A stretch of DNA of 64,000 bases from a virus (IMGVR_UViG_3300000439_000015:21208-85207), one strand, 5' to 3'. Counted from the stretch's first letter, positions 53,803 through 62,586 are shown. Made by a program: numbers and translations. The notes: generated by a model not told the origin, from the sequence alone.

Positions 53803-54163
53803 CTCTGCTCCGTGCGTCTATCGCTTCACTTGCTTCTATAAGGCTACTACCCTTTTTCACTAGAGAACTGAGTTTGCGGCGCTGGCTGGGCGAGTGTCCG
53901 CCCCACACGCCCCAAGGCTCATCAAGCCCGTACTCCAAGCATTCATAGCGAACGGCGCACTCTGTGCAGATTTTACGGGCAGGGGCGAGGTGATTGCCGC
54001 CGTGGGTGCCCGTCTCTGGGTAAAAAAGGTCTAGATTGGAAGCGTCCTCTGTGCGACACTGCGCCATCTTGAACCACCACGGGCGGTGAATCGCCTTGGC
54101 AAGGTCAAACTCAATGAGGATGGCTTCGCTGGGGAGTTCGCCAAACTCGTCGTCTGCGTCCAT
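53792..54163 (-). CDS. whiB: WhiB-family transcription factor
   Basis: AQCR...LFYP...ARKICTECAVRYECLEY...WGVWGG. Confidence 0.92.
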   Translation of the reverse strand: MDADDEFGELPSEAILIEFDLAKAIHRPWWFKMAQCRTEDASNLDLFYPETGTHGGNHLAPARKICTECAVRYECLEYGLDEPWGVWGGHSPSQRRKLSSLVKKGSSLIEASEAIDARSRDGR

Positions 54164-54366
54164 TAGTCGTGCTCGTAGTTGTGTATGGACGACAGGTACG
54201 CCAAGTACTTCAACGCTTGGTTTTCGCTGAACCCGACTTCACGCATGCCCTCGAAGATTTCGTGCAACTCAGCCAACGACATCAGCAAAAAGTCGCTCTC
54301 CGTCAAGTTCACGGCGTTAGCCGTGATGTCCTTGTCAAAGTCGTCTGGTTCGTTTTTCTCTGGCAC
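54163..54366 (-). CDS. Small hypothetical protein
   Basis: LAELHEIFEGMREVGFSENQALKYLA. Confidence 0.6.
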   Translation of the reverse strand: MPEKNEPDDFDKDITANAVNLTESDFLLMSLAELHEIFEGMREVGFSENQALKYLAYLSSIHNYEHD

Positions 54367-54432
54367 GAACCCCAGATTAGTACATTTACTTACATTGATG
54401 TAGTTCCAAAACTCGCTTACAGGTAAGGACGC

Positions 54433-54462
54433 AAAAAAGCCGCCACCCGAAGGCGACGGCTC
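54433..54462 (-). terminator. Intrinsic terminator after ssb
   Basis: agccgtcgcc-TTCG-ggtggcggct-ttttt. Confidence 0.85.
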
Positions 54463-54503
54463 TCTTGGTTAGTCACCGCCACGAGGGTCGGTGCTGAAGT
54501 TGC

Positions 54504-54974
54504 CTAGAACGGCTCTTCGTCAAACTGTGGCTGCGCTTGACGTGGGGCCTGACGTGGGGCAGGGGTACCATTCGTGTGCTGGTTGCCAATGAAGGGCTTA
54601 GAGCCGCCTTCAGCACGCTCCGTGCGAGCGATGGTCGTCGTGGCCCAGCGGACAGATGCGCCGATTTCGTTGGCAAACAACTCAACCTTGGTCTTTTCGG
54701 TGCCGTCCTGAGCCTGATACTTGCGCTGCTGAAGTTCGCCTACGACGATGACACGGTTGCCCTTCGTGAAGGAATCAGCGAAGTTCTGGGCGATGTCACC
54801 GATGGCAACACAGTCGAAGAAGTGGGCTTCGTTCTCCCACTCGTTCGTCTCACGGTTCTTCTTGGACTTGTTTACGGCGACGGAAAACGAAATCATTGCA
54901 ACGCCGGAGTTCGCAAAACGAACCTCTGGGTCTTTGGTGATGTTTCCGATGATAGTGATGCTGGTGTCAGCCAT
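54504..54974 (-). CDS. ssb: Single-stranded DNA-binding protein
   Basis: ITIIGNITKDPEVRF...HFFDCVAIGDIAQNFADSFTKGNRVIVVGELQQR...acidic DEEPF tail. Confidence 0.96.
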   Translation of the reverse strand: MADTSITIIGNITKDPEVRFANSGVAMISFSVAVNKSKKNRETNEWENEAHFFDCVAIGDIAQNFADSFTKGNRVIVVGELQQRKYQAQDGTEKTKVELFANEIGASVRWATTTIARTERAEGGSKPFIGNQHTNGTPAPRQAPRQAQPQFDEEPF

Positions 54975-55040
54975 GGCTGTACCTCTTTCTGTTCAGTTAT
55001 GTCAGTTGGATGTTCTGACGGTTGGTTTGGTACTGCGGTA

Positions 55041-55319
55041 CTACTTGGTGTGAGCGTCGTCCGATACGAGCGACTTCACTGCATTGATTGTAGCAAGGTT
55101 GCGTGCTACCTGTCCACCCTTACTCGATGCGATTTCTCGGCGCACTTCCATTAGAGGTAAGTCCGTGAGTTCGCAAATCCAATCAACCGCTTGGTTCAGC
55201 ATTTGGAGCCGCAACTTGTCGAGCGAGAGGCAGGAACGCATCCCTTCCTCTAGCGCCACTAGGCGCATCTCGTCTGCGGTGATTGGCTGTGCTTCCATTT
55301 GTCTCAACCATACACGCAC
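55041..55319 (-). CDS. Hypothetical protein
   Basis: Operonic ORF upstream of ssb; start uncertain. Confidence 0.5.
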   Translation of the reverse strand: MRVWLRQMEAQPITADEMRLVALEEGMRSCLSLDKLRLQMLNQAVDWICELTDLPLMEVRREIASSKGGQVARNLATINAVKSLVSDDAHTK

Positions 55320-55350
55320 CTTTGGGGTGAAGTCGGGTCAATGAAACGGA

Positions 55351-55503
55351 CTACAGGTATGGATGATTCTTGCATACTGGGCACTTCTCCCAGCACTGCT
55401 CTCCTATCTCCCAGCAAGCCTCAATGAGGTGTGGGTCGTTGTGGTGAATGGAACATCGGGGGCACGCACGTCCCAAGAGTTCGAGCGTGCGCCTATCGGT
55501 CAT
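55351..55503 (-). CDS. Small Cys/His-rich protein, 50 aa
   Basis: MTDRRTLELLGRACPRCSIHH...ACWE...CWEKCPVCKNHPYL; ATGA overlap with the upstream stop. Confidence 0.5.
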   Translation of the reverse strand: MTDRRTLELLGRACPRCSIHHNDPHLIEACWEIGEQCWEKCPVCKNHPYL

Positions 55504-55853
55504 ACGACCAAGGTGCGGTGGCTCGCTGCAAGCGTTCGTAAGCCGTCTATGTGCGCCTGTGAGACACGGATAGCCTCTCGCAGGGTCATCACATTGTTCG
55601 TGGCTAAGTGGCTCCTGTAGCGAGCGTCAGCCGTCGCTACGGTTGCAGCGTCGTCGGCGTGGTCAATCGTGACCTTCGTTCCGTTCTCGAATGCTTCAGC
55701 ACGGACACGCAGTCGCTCTTGGGCGAACCCAACCTTGAAGTCCGTCTCAGCCTGAGCCTGTTCACGGACGGCCTCACCAAGTGAGGTGATGAGGCCGTCC
55801 ATGCGCTCTAGTTCTGTCTCGATGGCTTCTTGAATCTCGAAGGGTGTCAGCAT
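55500..55853 (-). CDS. Hypothetical helical protein
   Basis: 117-aa coiled-coil-like ORF. Confidence 0.6.
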   Translation of the reverse strand: MLTPFEIQEAIETELERMDGLITSLGEAVREQAQAETDFKVGFAQERLRVRAEAFENGTKVTIDHADDAATVATADARYRSHLATNNVMTLREAIRVSQAHIDGLRTLAASHRTLVV

Positions 55854-55856
55854 GGA

Positions 55857-56474
55857 CTACAGACCATAGCCGTAACGCTTGGCGCACGTCGGGCCAAGCC
55901 CACGAGCCACCGACACAGGCACCGTGAGAGTGCGCAGGCAGCAGAGGCAGGTGTTGCTCGCCATGGCGTTCGCTTCGGCCTGATTCATAAACTCGGCACG
56001 AGCAGCGTCCACGTTGCCGGTGAGCAAGAACTGGGCAGCAGCGATGATGGCGTGCTTGCCAGCGTGCGAGCGGAACACCTTGAAACCTTCGGGGGTGATG
56101 AAGGCGATGTCCTTGTACGAACGCTCGTTGTTCGAGCCGACGAGAACGCCGAGGGTCAACTTGCCGTTGGCCCACGATGCCTTCGAGATGCGGAACGTGG
56201 TGTGACCGCCGTTGTGGGCGACGGTGTAGAACCCTTCAGCCAACTCACGCATGGGAGCAGGTGCAGCGACGGCGGTGGTCGTAGCCGCTGGGCGACCTGA
56301 GCCGACCTTGCGAGGCAGTTCGGTCAGCAGGCCGATGAACTGCGAGGCGGTGGCCTTCGAGAGAAGGGCAGCCTCGGCCTGTGCGAGCAGGCTCTGGGGG
56401 ACGACACGCTGTTCGAGCAGTGCCTTGGCAAACGCAACCTGCTTCTCGGTTGCTGGGGTCTGGATGGTGGTCAT
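55857..56474 (-). CDS. DUF6011-like protein
   Basis: N-terminal ATEKQVAF; C-terminal CLCCLRTLTVPVSVARGLGPTCAKR. Confidence 0.75.
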   Translation of the reverse strand: MTTIQTPATEKQVAFAKALLEQRVVPQSLLAQAEAALLSKATASQFIGLLTELPRKVGSGRPAATTTAVAAPAPMRELAEGFYTVAHNGGHTTFRISKASWANGKLTLGVLVGSNNERSYKDIAFITPEGFKVFRSHAGKHAIIAAAQFLLTGNVDAARAEFMNQAEANAMASNTCLCCLRTLTVPVSVARGLGPTCAKRYGYGL

Positions 56475-56515
56475 TTGGTTCTCCTAATCAGTTGGATGTT
56501 TTTTGCTACTCAACT

Positions 56516-56545
56516 ATGGTACAGGCTGGCTGTGACATCTGTCAA
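56516..56545 (-). promoter_or_regulatory. Early-type promoter with TGTCACA box
   Basis: TTGACA-gatgtcacagccagcctg(18)-TACCAT. Confidence 0.7.
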
Positions 56546-56572
56546 GTCAATCTGTACTTTTTCTTTTTGCGC

Positions 56573-56965
56573 CTAGTCAGCAGCGTTGTAGTAGTCCTCT
56601 CGGAGCGCCTCTTCAATGTCGTCGGCGTACTTCTCGAAGAACCACTCAGTGAACGGCTCGTAGTTCTTGGCGGCCTCGTAGGTGGGGTTCCACACGCCCT
56701 TGCTCCCCTTCGTTTCGGGGTCGAGTACACATTCCAAGATGAGGGGTTCGTTGATGTGTTCCATGCCGAACGGTACGGGCTGTTCCTCGGCAAACTTGGC
56801 AAGTGCTTCTGACCACCACTCTTCGAGGCACTGCCACTTGATTTCGGCGTAGTCGTTGTCCCACTGCTCCTGCGCAGCGTCCGCCCTAGCGTCGTTCACC
56901 ATCTGGGCGTAGTCGTCGTCGTAGTAACTCATTATCTGGGCGTAGTCGTCGTCGTAGTAACTCAT
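56573..56965 (-). CDS. Acidic hypothetical protein with duplicated N-terminus
   Basis: MSYYDDDYAQI-MSYYDDDYAQM... Confidence 0.6.
   Translation of the reverse strand: MSYYDDDYAQIMSYYDDDYAQMVNDARADAAQEQWDNDYAEIKWQCLEEWWSEALAKFAEEQPVPFGMEHINEPLILECVLDPETKGSKGVWNPTYEAAKNYEPFTEWFFEKYADDIEEALREDYYNAAD
56900..56965. repeat. 33-bp tandem duplication
   Basis: atgagttactacgacgacgactacgcccagat(a/g) occurs twice on the minus strand. Confidence 0.9.
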
Positions 56966-57444
56966 TACGCTGCCACCTCAATCTCAGCCTGATAGCCGAG
57001 GTCAACGTAGAAGTCGTAGCGGTCAAAGGCGACAGGGCGACCATCGGGCAACTCGAACGAGATGGTGATGGAGTTGAGACGGTTCTTGTTGTAGCCGTCC
57101 ACCTTCAGGACGAAGGCAGGAGCGTAGGAACCGTCACGGCTCGCACCCGTCTTGCTGAAGTTCATCTCGAAGCCACGCATCGGCAAGCCGAGAGCGTTGA
57201 TGAGTTCCATGGCACCCTTGCGGAATACCTTGTTCTGCTGAACCTCGGTCATGTCGTCCGTGACCTCGGTGGACGAGACGAACATACGAGGACGAGCCTT
57301 GTAGTCGTTCATGTCGTAGATGTTGCCCCAGCGAAGGTTGGGGTTGCGACCCACGAGGTGAAGGGTGCCCTTGGACGTGACGAACGTCACGCCAGTGATG
57401 CGACCATAAGCGTCGGTTGCGACGCTGGTGGGGTTGATAATCAT
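56965..57444 (-). CDS. Hypothetical protein
   Basis: MIINPTSVATDAYGR...; AAGGAG RBS. Confidence 0.6.
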   Translation of the reverse strand: MIINPTSVATDAYGRITGVTFVTSKGTLHLVGRNPNLRWGNIYDMNDYKARPRMFVSSTEVTDDMTEVQQNKVFRKGAMELINALGLPMRGFEMNFSKTGASRDGSYAPAFVLKVDGYNKNRLNSITISFELPDGRPVAFDRYDFYVDLGYQAEIEVAA

Positions 57445-57496
57445 TTGATGCTCCTTGTCAGTTGGTAGGTAAATCAGTTGGTAATGCGATACATCT

Positions 57497-57526
57497 ATTG
57501 TGCCACATAGGTGTGACACAAGTCAA
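57497..57526 (-). promoter_or_regulatory. Early-type promoter with TGTCACA box
   Basis: TTGACT-tgtgtcacacctatgtgg(18)-CACAAT. Confidence 0.6.
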
Positions 57527-57531
57527 GTCAA

Positions 57532-57777
57532 TCAGTCAACGTCTGGTGGGTCGCAGTCCTCGGTGTGGTACTCGACATCAACCTTCTCGCCCGTCTCTGG
57601 GCAGGTGAAGTAGAAGGTGCCTTCCTTCTTAGACCAGTAGGCTCCGCTGGTTTCGGTGTACACGGCACGTCCCTCTTGGTCGTCGTGTTCGTCCTCGCAC
57701 GAGGGGCAGTTGTAAACGGTGTACTCGGTGTCGCAATCCGAGGTGTCGTCGTATGGATAGAAACTGTCTGCGTACAT
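57532..57777 (-). CDS. Small acidic Zn-ribbon-like protein
   Basis: YNCPSC...FTCPETG; AGGAG RBS. Confidence 0.6.
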   Translation of the reverse strand: MYADSFYPYDDTSDCDTEYTVYNCPSCEDEHDDQEGRAVYTETSGAYWSKKEGTFYFTCPETGEKVDVEYHTEDCDPPDVD

Positions 57778-57827
57778 CGTGTGTCTCCTAATCAGTTGAT
57801 AATCAAGTGTCTCACAGGGGTGTGACA

Positions 57828-57992
57828 TCACTCCACGGTGAACTTACGGCAAGCCTTGCGATTGGCTTCACGCTTCTTGTTCGGAATGCGTACAGCCAAG
57901 CCACCACGCCACTCGTGGAGTGTGCCACCGTTGGCAAAGTGACGCTCACGGCGTACCCCTGCTGGTGTGGTGATGGTTTGCTTTTTGCTCAT
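57828..57992 (-). CDS. Small basic protein
   Basis: MSKKQTITTPAGVRRERHFANGG...; ATG 6 nt after the -10 element (leaderless type). Confidence 0.5.
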   Translation of the reverse strand: MSKKQTITTPAGVRRERHFANGGTLHEWRGGLAVRIPNKKREANRKACRKFTVE

Positions 57993-57998
57993 ACAACC

Positions 57999-58027
57999 AG
58001 TTTGCCAGACGGGTGTCACATTGTCAA
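57999..58027 (-). promoter_or_regulatory. Early-type promoter with TGTGACA box
   Basis: TTGACA-atgtgacacccgtctgg(17)-CAAACT. Confidence 0.6.
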
Positions 58028-58174
58028 GCACTATTTTTATTTTTCTGTCCGCAACCATTCCCTGTACCTGCCGTAGGAAGTTGGATTAGTTCCTTCCATG
58101 ACCACTATGGCTGTTCGCACCGTTCATCTACATACCTAGTACAAGGTACGTTAGACGAGGTGATGTAAAGAAAA

Positions 58175-58209
58175 CTTTACTCAAGTGCAAAAACTGCATT
58201 TGAGTAAAG
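58175..58209 (-). terminator. Long AT-rich hairpin, probable terminator of lysis operon
   Basis: ctttactcaa-gtgca-aaaac-tgcat-ttgagtaaag inverted repeat, followed by a T-run on the minus strand. Confidence 0.6.
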
Positions 58210-58219
58210 TAGTAAAGAC

Positions 58220-58597
58220 TTAGTGGTCGTGACCGTCAGGGTCGTGATGCACTTCGGCCTCATGGTGAAGTTCTGCGAGTGACCGCTCAGCGAGCAGCAA
58301 CTCCGCCTCGACCTCTTCGATGCGTGAGAGGGTGGCGATGTCGCCGTGGTCTTTGACCCACTTCTCTCCCCACTTGGTTCCAATCCATGCGCCAAGAAAG
58401 TTGCCGATGACGAGCGCAACGATTTCCTTAGGTGATGTTGAGAGCGAGTACTTGGCGGCGTAAATCCAAAACAGGGCGTAGCCAGCCTCGAACGTGCCAG
58501 CGATGATGGAGCGGTTGCGGCTTTCGGCCTGCACCATAATCGTAGAGCAGATGTTGGCGAACACGAAGCACACGAAGGTGATGACTACGAGGGTCAC
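58220..58597 (-). CDS. Small multi-pass membrane protein (possible lysis accessory)
   Basis: Three hydrophobic segments plus a charged C-terminus; in lysis operon. Confidence 0.65.
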   Translation of the reverse strand: MTLVVITFVCFVFANICSTIMVQAESRNRSIIAGTFEAGYALFWIYAAKYSLSTSPKEIVALVIGNFLGAWIGTKWGEKWVKDHGDIATLSRIEEVEAELLLAERSLAELHHEAEVHHDPDGHDH

Positions 58598-59037
58598 TGG
58601 ATGAATCCCTTGATGTACTTCACACCCTCGTAGTCCGATGCTGATGCGACGTGCACGCCTGCGTGACCACGATGATGGAACTCACACAAGACGACGAGGT
58701 TGTCGGCTGATTCGACCCACGCCCCCAACTGCTCAGGATTGGAGATGCCTGGGTAGTCGTGTTCGAGCCATTCGAGGTTCACGTCGTTCATGAGAGCGAA
58801 CTCGATGTGGGCGTGGTGAAGTTCGAGGGGCTTGTCGAGCGAGCACTCAGAGAAGTCGCCACGGTGCTTGCCGATGGCGCACTGCCACTTGTCGGGGTCT
58901 TTCTTCCACTCACGGTGCAGGTGATTGAAGTCAACGTAGTTGGGGTCGGCCTCTCGTGGGGTGTGGTCGGGGTAGCGGACGGTGTACTGGTGGCTGACCT
59001 TCTGAACGTGGGCGGCTACGACTTCACCATCACTCAT
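58594..59037 (-). CDS. His/Cys-rich HNH-like protein
   Basis: QCAIG...ECS...LELHHAH...NLVVLCEFHHRGHAGVH. Confidence 0.6.
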   Translation of the reverse strand: MSDGEVVAAHVQKVSHQYTVRYPDHTPREADPNYVDFNHLHREWKKDPDKWQCAIGKHRGDFSECSLDKPLELHHAHIEFALMNDVNLEWLEHDYPGISNPEQLGAWVESADNLVVLCEFHHRGHAGVHVASASDYEGVKYIKGFIQ

Positions 59038-59350
59038 CGGCTGCCGCCTTCTTGCGATGGGTGCGTACCGCCTTTACCTCGGTGTCAACGGCTCGGTCTA
59101 GGTGAAGGTCGAGGCGCTTTTCCAATCGCTCGGTGGTCGTCTCAACGTCGGCACGAACTTGGGCAACGTCGGCGCTCAGGGACTTGATGTCATCCTTGAT
59201 TTCCTCTTTGACCTTCAGCACGGTTTCGTCGTTCTGCTTGGCACCCTTGGTCATGCGCCAGATGTTGAGGCTGGTCGAAACTATTGACAACACGACAAGA
59301 ATGGCCTGCCACGTTGCGACGGTTCCCAGTGAGACGGTGATTGCAAGCAT
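59030..59350 (-). CDS. Holin-like single-TM/coiled-coil protein
   Basis: N-terminal TM segment then coiled coil; directly downstream of endolysin. Confidence 0.55.
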   Translation of the reverse strand: MLAITVSLGTVATWQAILVVLSIVSTSLNIWRMTKGAKQNDETVLKVKEEIKDDIKSLSADVAQVRADVETTTERLEKRLDLHLDRAVDTEVKAVRTHRKKAAADE

Positions 59351-60633
59351 TACTTCTTCGCTTTCTTCTTGGCTGCCTTGTGGTGATGCTTTGGAATGGC
59401 GTTGTGCACGGCCCAGAGGCGCTGCCACGTCAGGATGTCAACCTTGCCGTACCAGAACGAGGTGATGTGCTGCAACTTTTGGAACTTGATGAGAGCCGCC
59501 TCGGTCAACACACTGAAAACGCCATCAATCGCCAGATGTGCGCCAGCCTTGTTCAGTTCTGTCTGTACAAACTTCACCTTTTCGTGGTAGGCGGTGCCGA
59601 TTTCCATCAATGGGTAGTTGGCGTTCGTCTCAACGGGGCGGTGGTAGGCGAGGTACCAAGCATTTCCATTCGACGTGTCCGCACCCCACAGGCCATCCAC
59701 TGAAATCCCCATGAGGGTTTGGTACTTCTCGACAGCGGCCTTGGTGCGAAGGTCGTAGTGGCCCGTCACGCCCGACTTTGGAAGCAAGCGCAGTGAAAAA
59801 AGGACGTGTTGGACGTAGTAGACCGTCACCCCATGCGACCCAGGAGCGTACAAAGGTGCTGGCACAGGGTGCTTTGGGGTCGAGGGGGTCACTCCTGCGC
59901 CCGTGAGGTTGGTGAACCACTTGGGGTCGGCGGCTTCCAAGTCAACGTAGCCACCGATGCCACTGACGAGGCCACGGCTGGTGAACTGCCAGATAGTCCA
60001 GCCCTTCTTGGCCCATGCCGCAGGGATTTTGGGGGCTGGCAGGCCGCACGCTGACTGCGTGGGCTGGTACGAGTGGGGGTAGGCAGCGAGCCAGAGTGCG
60101 TACTTGTTCAGTGAAATCGCACCGCTCCACCAGTAGTACGAACCCGTGTACACGATGGGCGTGACACCCGTGAGGGTTTTCACCTCAGTAAGCCACTTGT
60201 TCATCCACGCCACGTCGTGGGCGACGGAACTCGTCTGCGTCTCCATGTCGAGCGCAGGTGGTAGAACTCCCTTGGCTCCGCCTGCTGCGACGAAGTACTT
60301 TGCGTCCGCAACAGGGTTGTCGGTGGGGCGTGCATAGTCGTATGCGCCCCACGGCAGACCGGATTTCACTGCGAGGGTCGTGTCGGTTCCAAAGTAAGGG
60401 TTCGTGTACCACGTTCCTTCCGTGGCCTTGACGTACACGCCTGCGTAACCGGCCTTCACCACTGAGGCGAAGTCAATCGGGTGGGGGTTGTTGGATGACA
60501 CGTCCAGCATGTGCACCCACGAGGCGCAGAGCGGTGTTGTGGCGGCCTTTGCAGGGCTTGCCGTGGTGATGGGTGCCACCGCCAGTGCCAAGGCAAGAAT
60601 GAGGCTCGTGAAGGGATTGTGGGGTAGGCGCAT
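59350..60633 (-). CDS. Endolysin: signal peptide + GH25 muramidase + two PG-binding domains
   Basis: LDVSSNN...YVKATEG...GAYDYARP...PPALDME...IWQFTSRG; two (V/L)xxxQxxL...DGxxG PG_binding_1-like repeats. Confidence 0.92.
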   Translation of the reverse strand: MRLPHNPFTSLILALALAVAPITTASPAKAATTPLCASWVHMLDVSSNNPHPIDFASVVKAGYAGVYVKATEGTWYTNPYFGTDTTLAVKSGLPWGAYDYARPTDNPVADAKYFVAAGGAKGVLPPALDMETQTSSVAHDVAWMNKWLTEVKTLTGVTPIVYTGSYYWWSGAISLNKYALWLAAYPHSYQPTQSACGLPAPKIPAAWAKKGWTIWQFTSRGLVSGIGGYVDLEAADPKWFTNLTGAGVTPSTPKHPVPAPLYAPGSHGVTVYYVQHVLFSLRLLPKSGVTGHYDLRTKAAVEKYQTLMGISVDGLWGADTSNGNAWYLAYHRPVETNANYPLMEIGTAYHEKVKFVQTELNKAGAHLAIDGVFSVLTEAALIKFQKLQHITSFWYGKVDILTWQRLWAVHNAIPKHHHKAAKKKAKK

Positions 60634-60639
60634 ACCCAA

Positions 60640-60661
60640 ATCGTACCGCCCGTTTTGGAAA
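60640..60661 (-). promoter_or_regulatory. Late-type promoter motif (leaderless endolysin mRNA)
   Basis: TTTCCAAAA-cgggcgg-TACGAT-ttgggt-ATG. Confidence 0.6.
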
Positions 60662-60663
60662 TC

Positions 60664-60960
60664 CTAAGAGGCTACGCCTTTCACCATCTGAACGTTCATC
60701 TGTGGCTCCCACAGGTAGATGTTCAGGCGTGCACGGACTTTGGCACGCTGATTCGGGGTCAGGCCGCCTTGGTATCCGAAGGCTTCGTGGTAAACCGCCC
60801 ACTCTTGACAAGGTTCCAAAACTGGGCAGTCGGCGCAAAGTTTCTCCGCCTCAGAACCAAATGAACGCCCGTCCTCAGGGAAGAAGAGGATGTTATCTGC
60901 CCCTCGGCACGCAGCCTCTCGAATCCAAACTTCACGGCTTTGGCTGTTTGGGCGTGGCAC
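60664..60960 (-). CDS. whiB: WhiB-family transcription factor
   Basis: WIREAACRG...FFP...AEKLCADCPVLEPCQEWA...GYQGGLTPNQR. Confidence 0.9.
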   Translation of the reverse strand: MPRPNSQSREVWIREAACRGADNILFFPEDGRSFGSEAEKLCADCPVLEPCQEWAVYHEAFGYQGGLTPNQRAKVRARLNIYLWEPQMNVQMVKGVAS

Positions 60961-61231
60961 TTTTGGGGGTTACCTTTCTAGGGTGTACTTTGATACGGCT
61001 GTGCCCTGCCGTTGGTGTCCACTCGCCCTCGGTGACGAGGTTGCTTTTCATCCCGTTGATGGCAGCCTCGTGGATTGCGACGGAATCGTTCACCATTGGC
61101 ATGGGGCTTATTCGGGCGACGACTTTGCCGCCCCCCATGTGCTCTACGAGGTAGGTGTTCCGCTTGCCACGGTGCTTGGAGCCGTCCGTGTTGGCGCAGT
61201 AGATGTATGTGCTGATGACTACCTCGTCCAT
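60932..61231 (-). CDS. Hypothetical protein
   Basis: 99-aa ORF, operonic. Confidence 0.5.
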   Translation of the reverse strand: MDEVVISTYIYCANTDGSKHRGKRNTYLVEHMGGGKVVARISPMPMVNDSVAIHEAAINGMKSNLVTEGEWTPTAGHSRIKVHPRKVTPKSATPKQPKP

Positions 61232-61307
61232 GTGCCACTCACGCTATCCGCTATGTGTGACAAACGCAAGTCAATCGGCTGTCGGTATCGTGTTGATTTC
61301 CTCACGC

Positions 61308-61622
61308 CTAGAAGTTGCCAAGGTCAATGGCGCTGATGGCCCCAGCGATGACGGCGATGGCAGCGTTGAGGCCGTTGCGGAATCGTGTCCAGTCCACGTC
61401 GAAATCTTCCTCGTCGCTGTAGATGTTCAGCATCCAGCCGTTCTTGTCAGCAAGGTTGCGCAGGGCACGGTAGTTGTACTCCGTCCACGCCGATTCGCCG
61501 TACTCGATGTACGAGGCAAGGGCGACGGCGCTCAGGGCGACGGGTCGGCGCACGATGCTGCCGTCCATGCCCATCTCGCTGGTGTTGAAGGCATCGGTTG
61601 ATGTAATCGTGATGCTTATCAT
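61308..61622 (-). CDS. Hypothetical protein
   Basis: AGGAG RBS and upstream promoter. Confidence 0.6.
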   Translation of the reverse strand: MISITITSTDAFNTSEMGMDGSIVRRPVALSAVALASYIEYGESAWTEYNYRALRNLADKNGWMLNIYSDEEDFDVDWTRFRNGLNAAIAVIAGAISAIDLGNF

Positions 61623-61659
61623 GGTGGTTCTCCTAGTCAGTGGTCAAGTAGATACTTCA

Positions 61660-61688
61660 ATGATACATGATGGGTGTGACAGGCGCAA
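61660..61688 (-). promoter_or_regulatory. Early-type promoter with TGTCACA box
   Basis: TTGCGC-ctgtcacacccatcatg(17)-TATCAT. Confidence 0.6.
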
Positions 61689-61689
61689 G

Positions 61690-62067
61690 TCATCCGTAGA
61701 CAACGTTGCCCAGCATCACCATCTGCATGATGATGTCGCCTGCGCAACTGTCGTAGCGACTAACGTGGTCGTCCACTCGGCTACCGCAGTGGTACCACTT
61801 GCCTGCCCAGACCTTCTGGCACGCTTCGATGATGTCTGCGAAGGTGACCGTCTTGGCGATGACCCTTCCTTCGTCCTCTGGGTCGTCAATCTCGACCTCG
61901 ATGGTGAAGGTGCTGGGGTCGCCCTGCTCCGTCCAGTCTGCGATGGCTGCCTTGTTGTACTTCGCCCTGCGCCACCATGGTGCCTGCTCCCATCCTGAAC
62001 CAGTGATGGCAGTCCACACCTCGTTAGCGTCGAACTCTTTGGTGACGGTGATGAAAATAGTGTTCAT
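61690..62067 (-). CDS. Hypothetical protein
   Basis: MNTIFITVTKEF...DSCAGDIIMQMVMLGNVVYG. Confidence 0.65.
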   Translation of the reverse strand: MNTIFITVTKEFDANEVWTAITGSGWEQAPWWRRAKYNKAAIADWTEQGDPSTFTIEVEIDDPEDEGRVIAKTVTFADIIEACQKVWAGKWYHCGSRVDDHVSRYDSCAGDIIMQMVMLGNVVYG

Positions 62068-62288
62068 TCTGATTCCCCTTCTGTCTCGGTGTGGCTGTAC
62101 TCGAACTGAACGCAAACGTAGGTGGGATTCCACGGCTTGCTGGTTGGTGTCTCACCACACTCGTGGCATGCGAGCACTTCCCACTCTGGCTCACTTTCGG
62201 GCCATGGGTTGATGTCCCACAAGTGGTCGGCTGCTGGGCAGCCGCATTTGCAAATCTCGACCTGCTCCTGCTCGGTGGCGATGCCCAC
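62064..62288 (-). CDS. Small Cys/His-rich protein
   Basis: CKCGCPAADH...CHECG...CVQF. Confidence 0.55.
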   Translation of the reverse strand: MGIATEQEQVEICKCGCPAADHLWDINPWPESEPEWEVLACHECGETPTSKPWNPTYVCVQFEYSHTETEGESE

Positions 62289-62548
62289 TACGCACCAACC
62301 TTCACGCCGTAGGAGACAGGCTCGGCAGGGATGAACCAGCCGTAGGTGCGCTCGTCGCCCTCAATCATGGAGCGGTCAGTGGGGTCGTAGCCGAACACAT
62401 ACTTCTTGCCCGACAGACGCTCGATGATACGGCGGTAGCGAGCGTTGCTGTACTCACGCATTGCCACGGTGCTCTGAACCTTGCGCTCAGCCTTGGCGAG
62501 TTCCGCCTTGACTGCTTCCAGTTCCTTCTTCAGTTGCTTCTTGGTCAT
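62288..62548 (-). CDS. Hypothetical coiled-coil protein
   Basis: GAGGAG RBS; MTKKQLKKELEAVKAEL. Confidence 0.6.
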   Translation of the reverse strand: MTKKQLKKELEAVKAELAKAERKVQSTVAMREYSNARYRRIIERLSGKKYVFGYDPTDRSMIEGDERTYGWFIPAEPVSYGVKVGA

Positions 62549-62586
62549 TTGGTGCTCCTCGTCAGTTGGTGTTGCTTTATACATCC

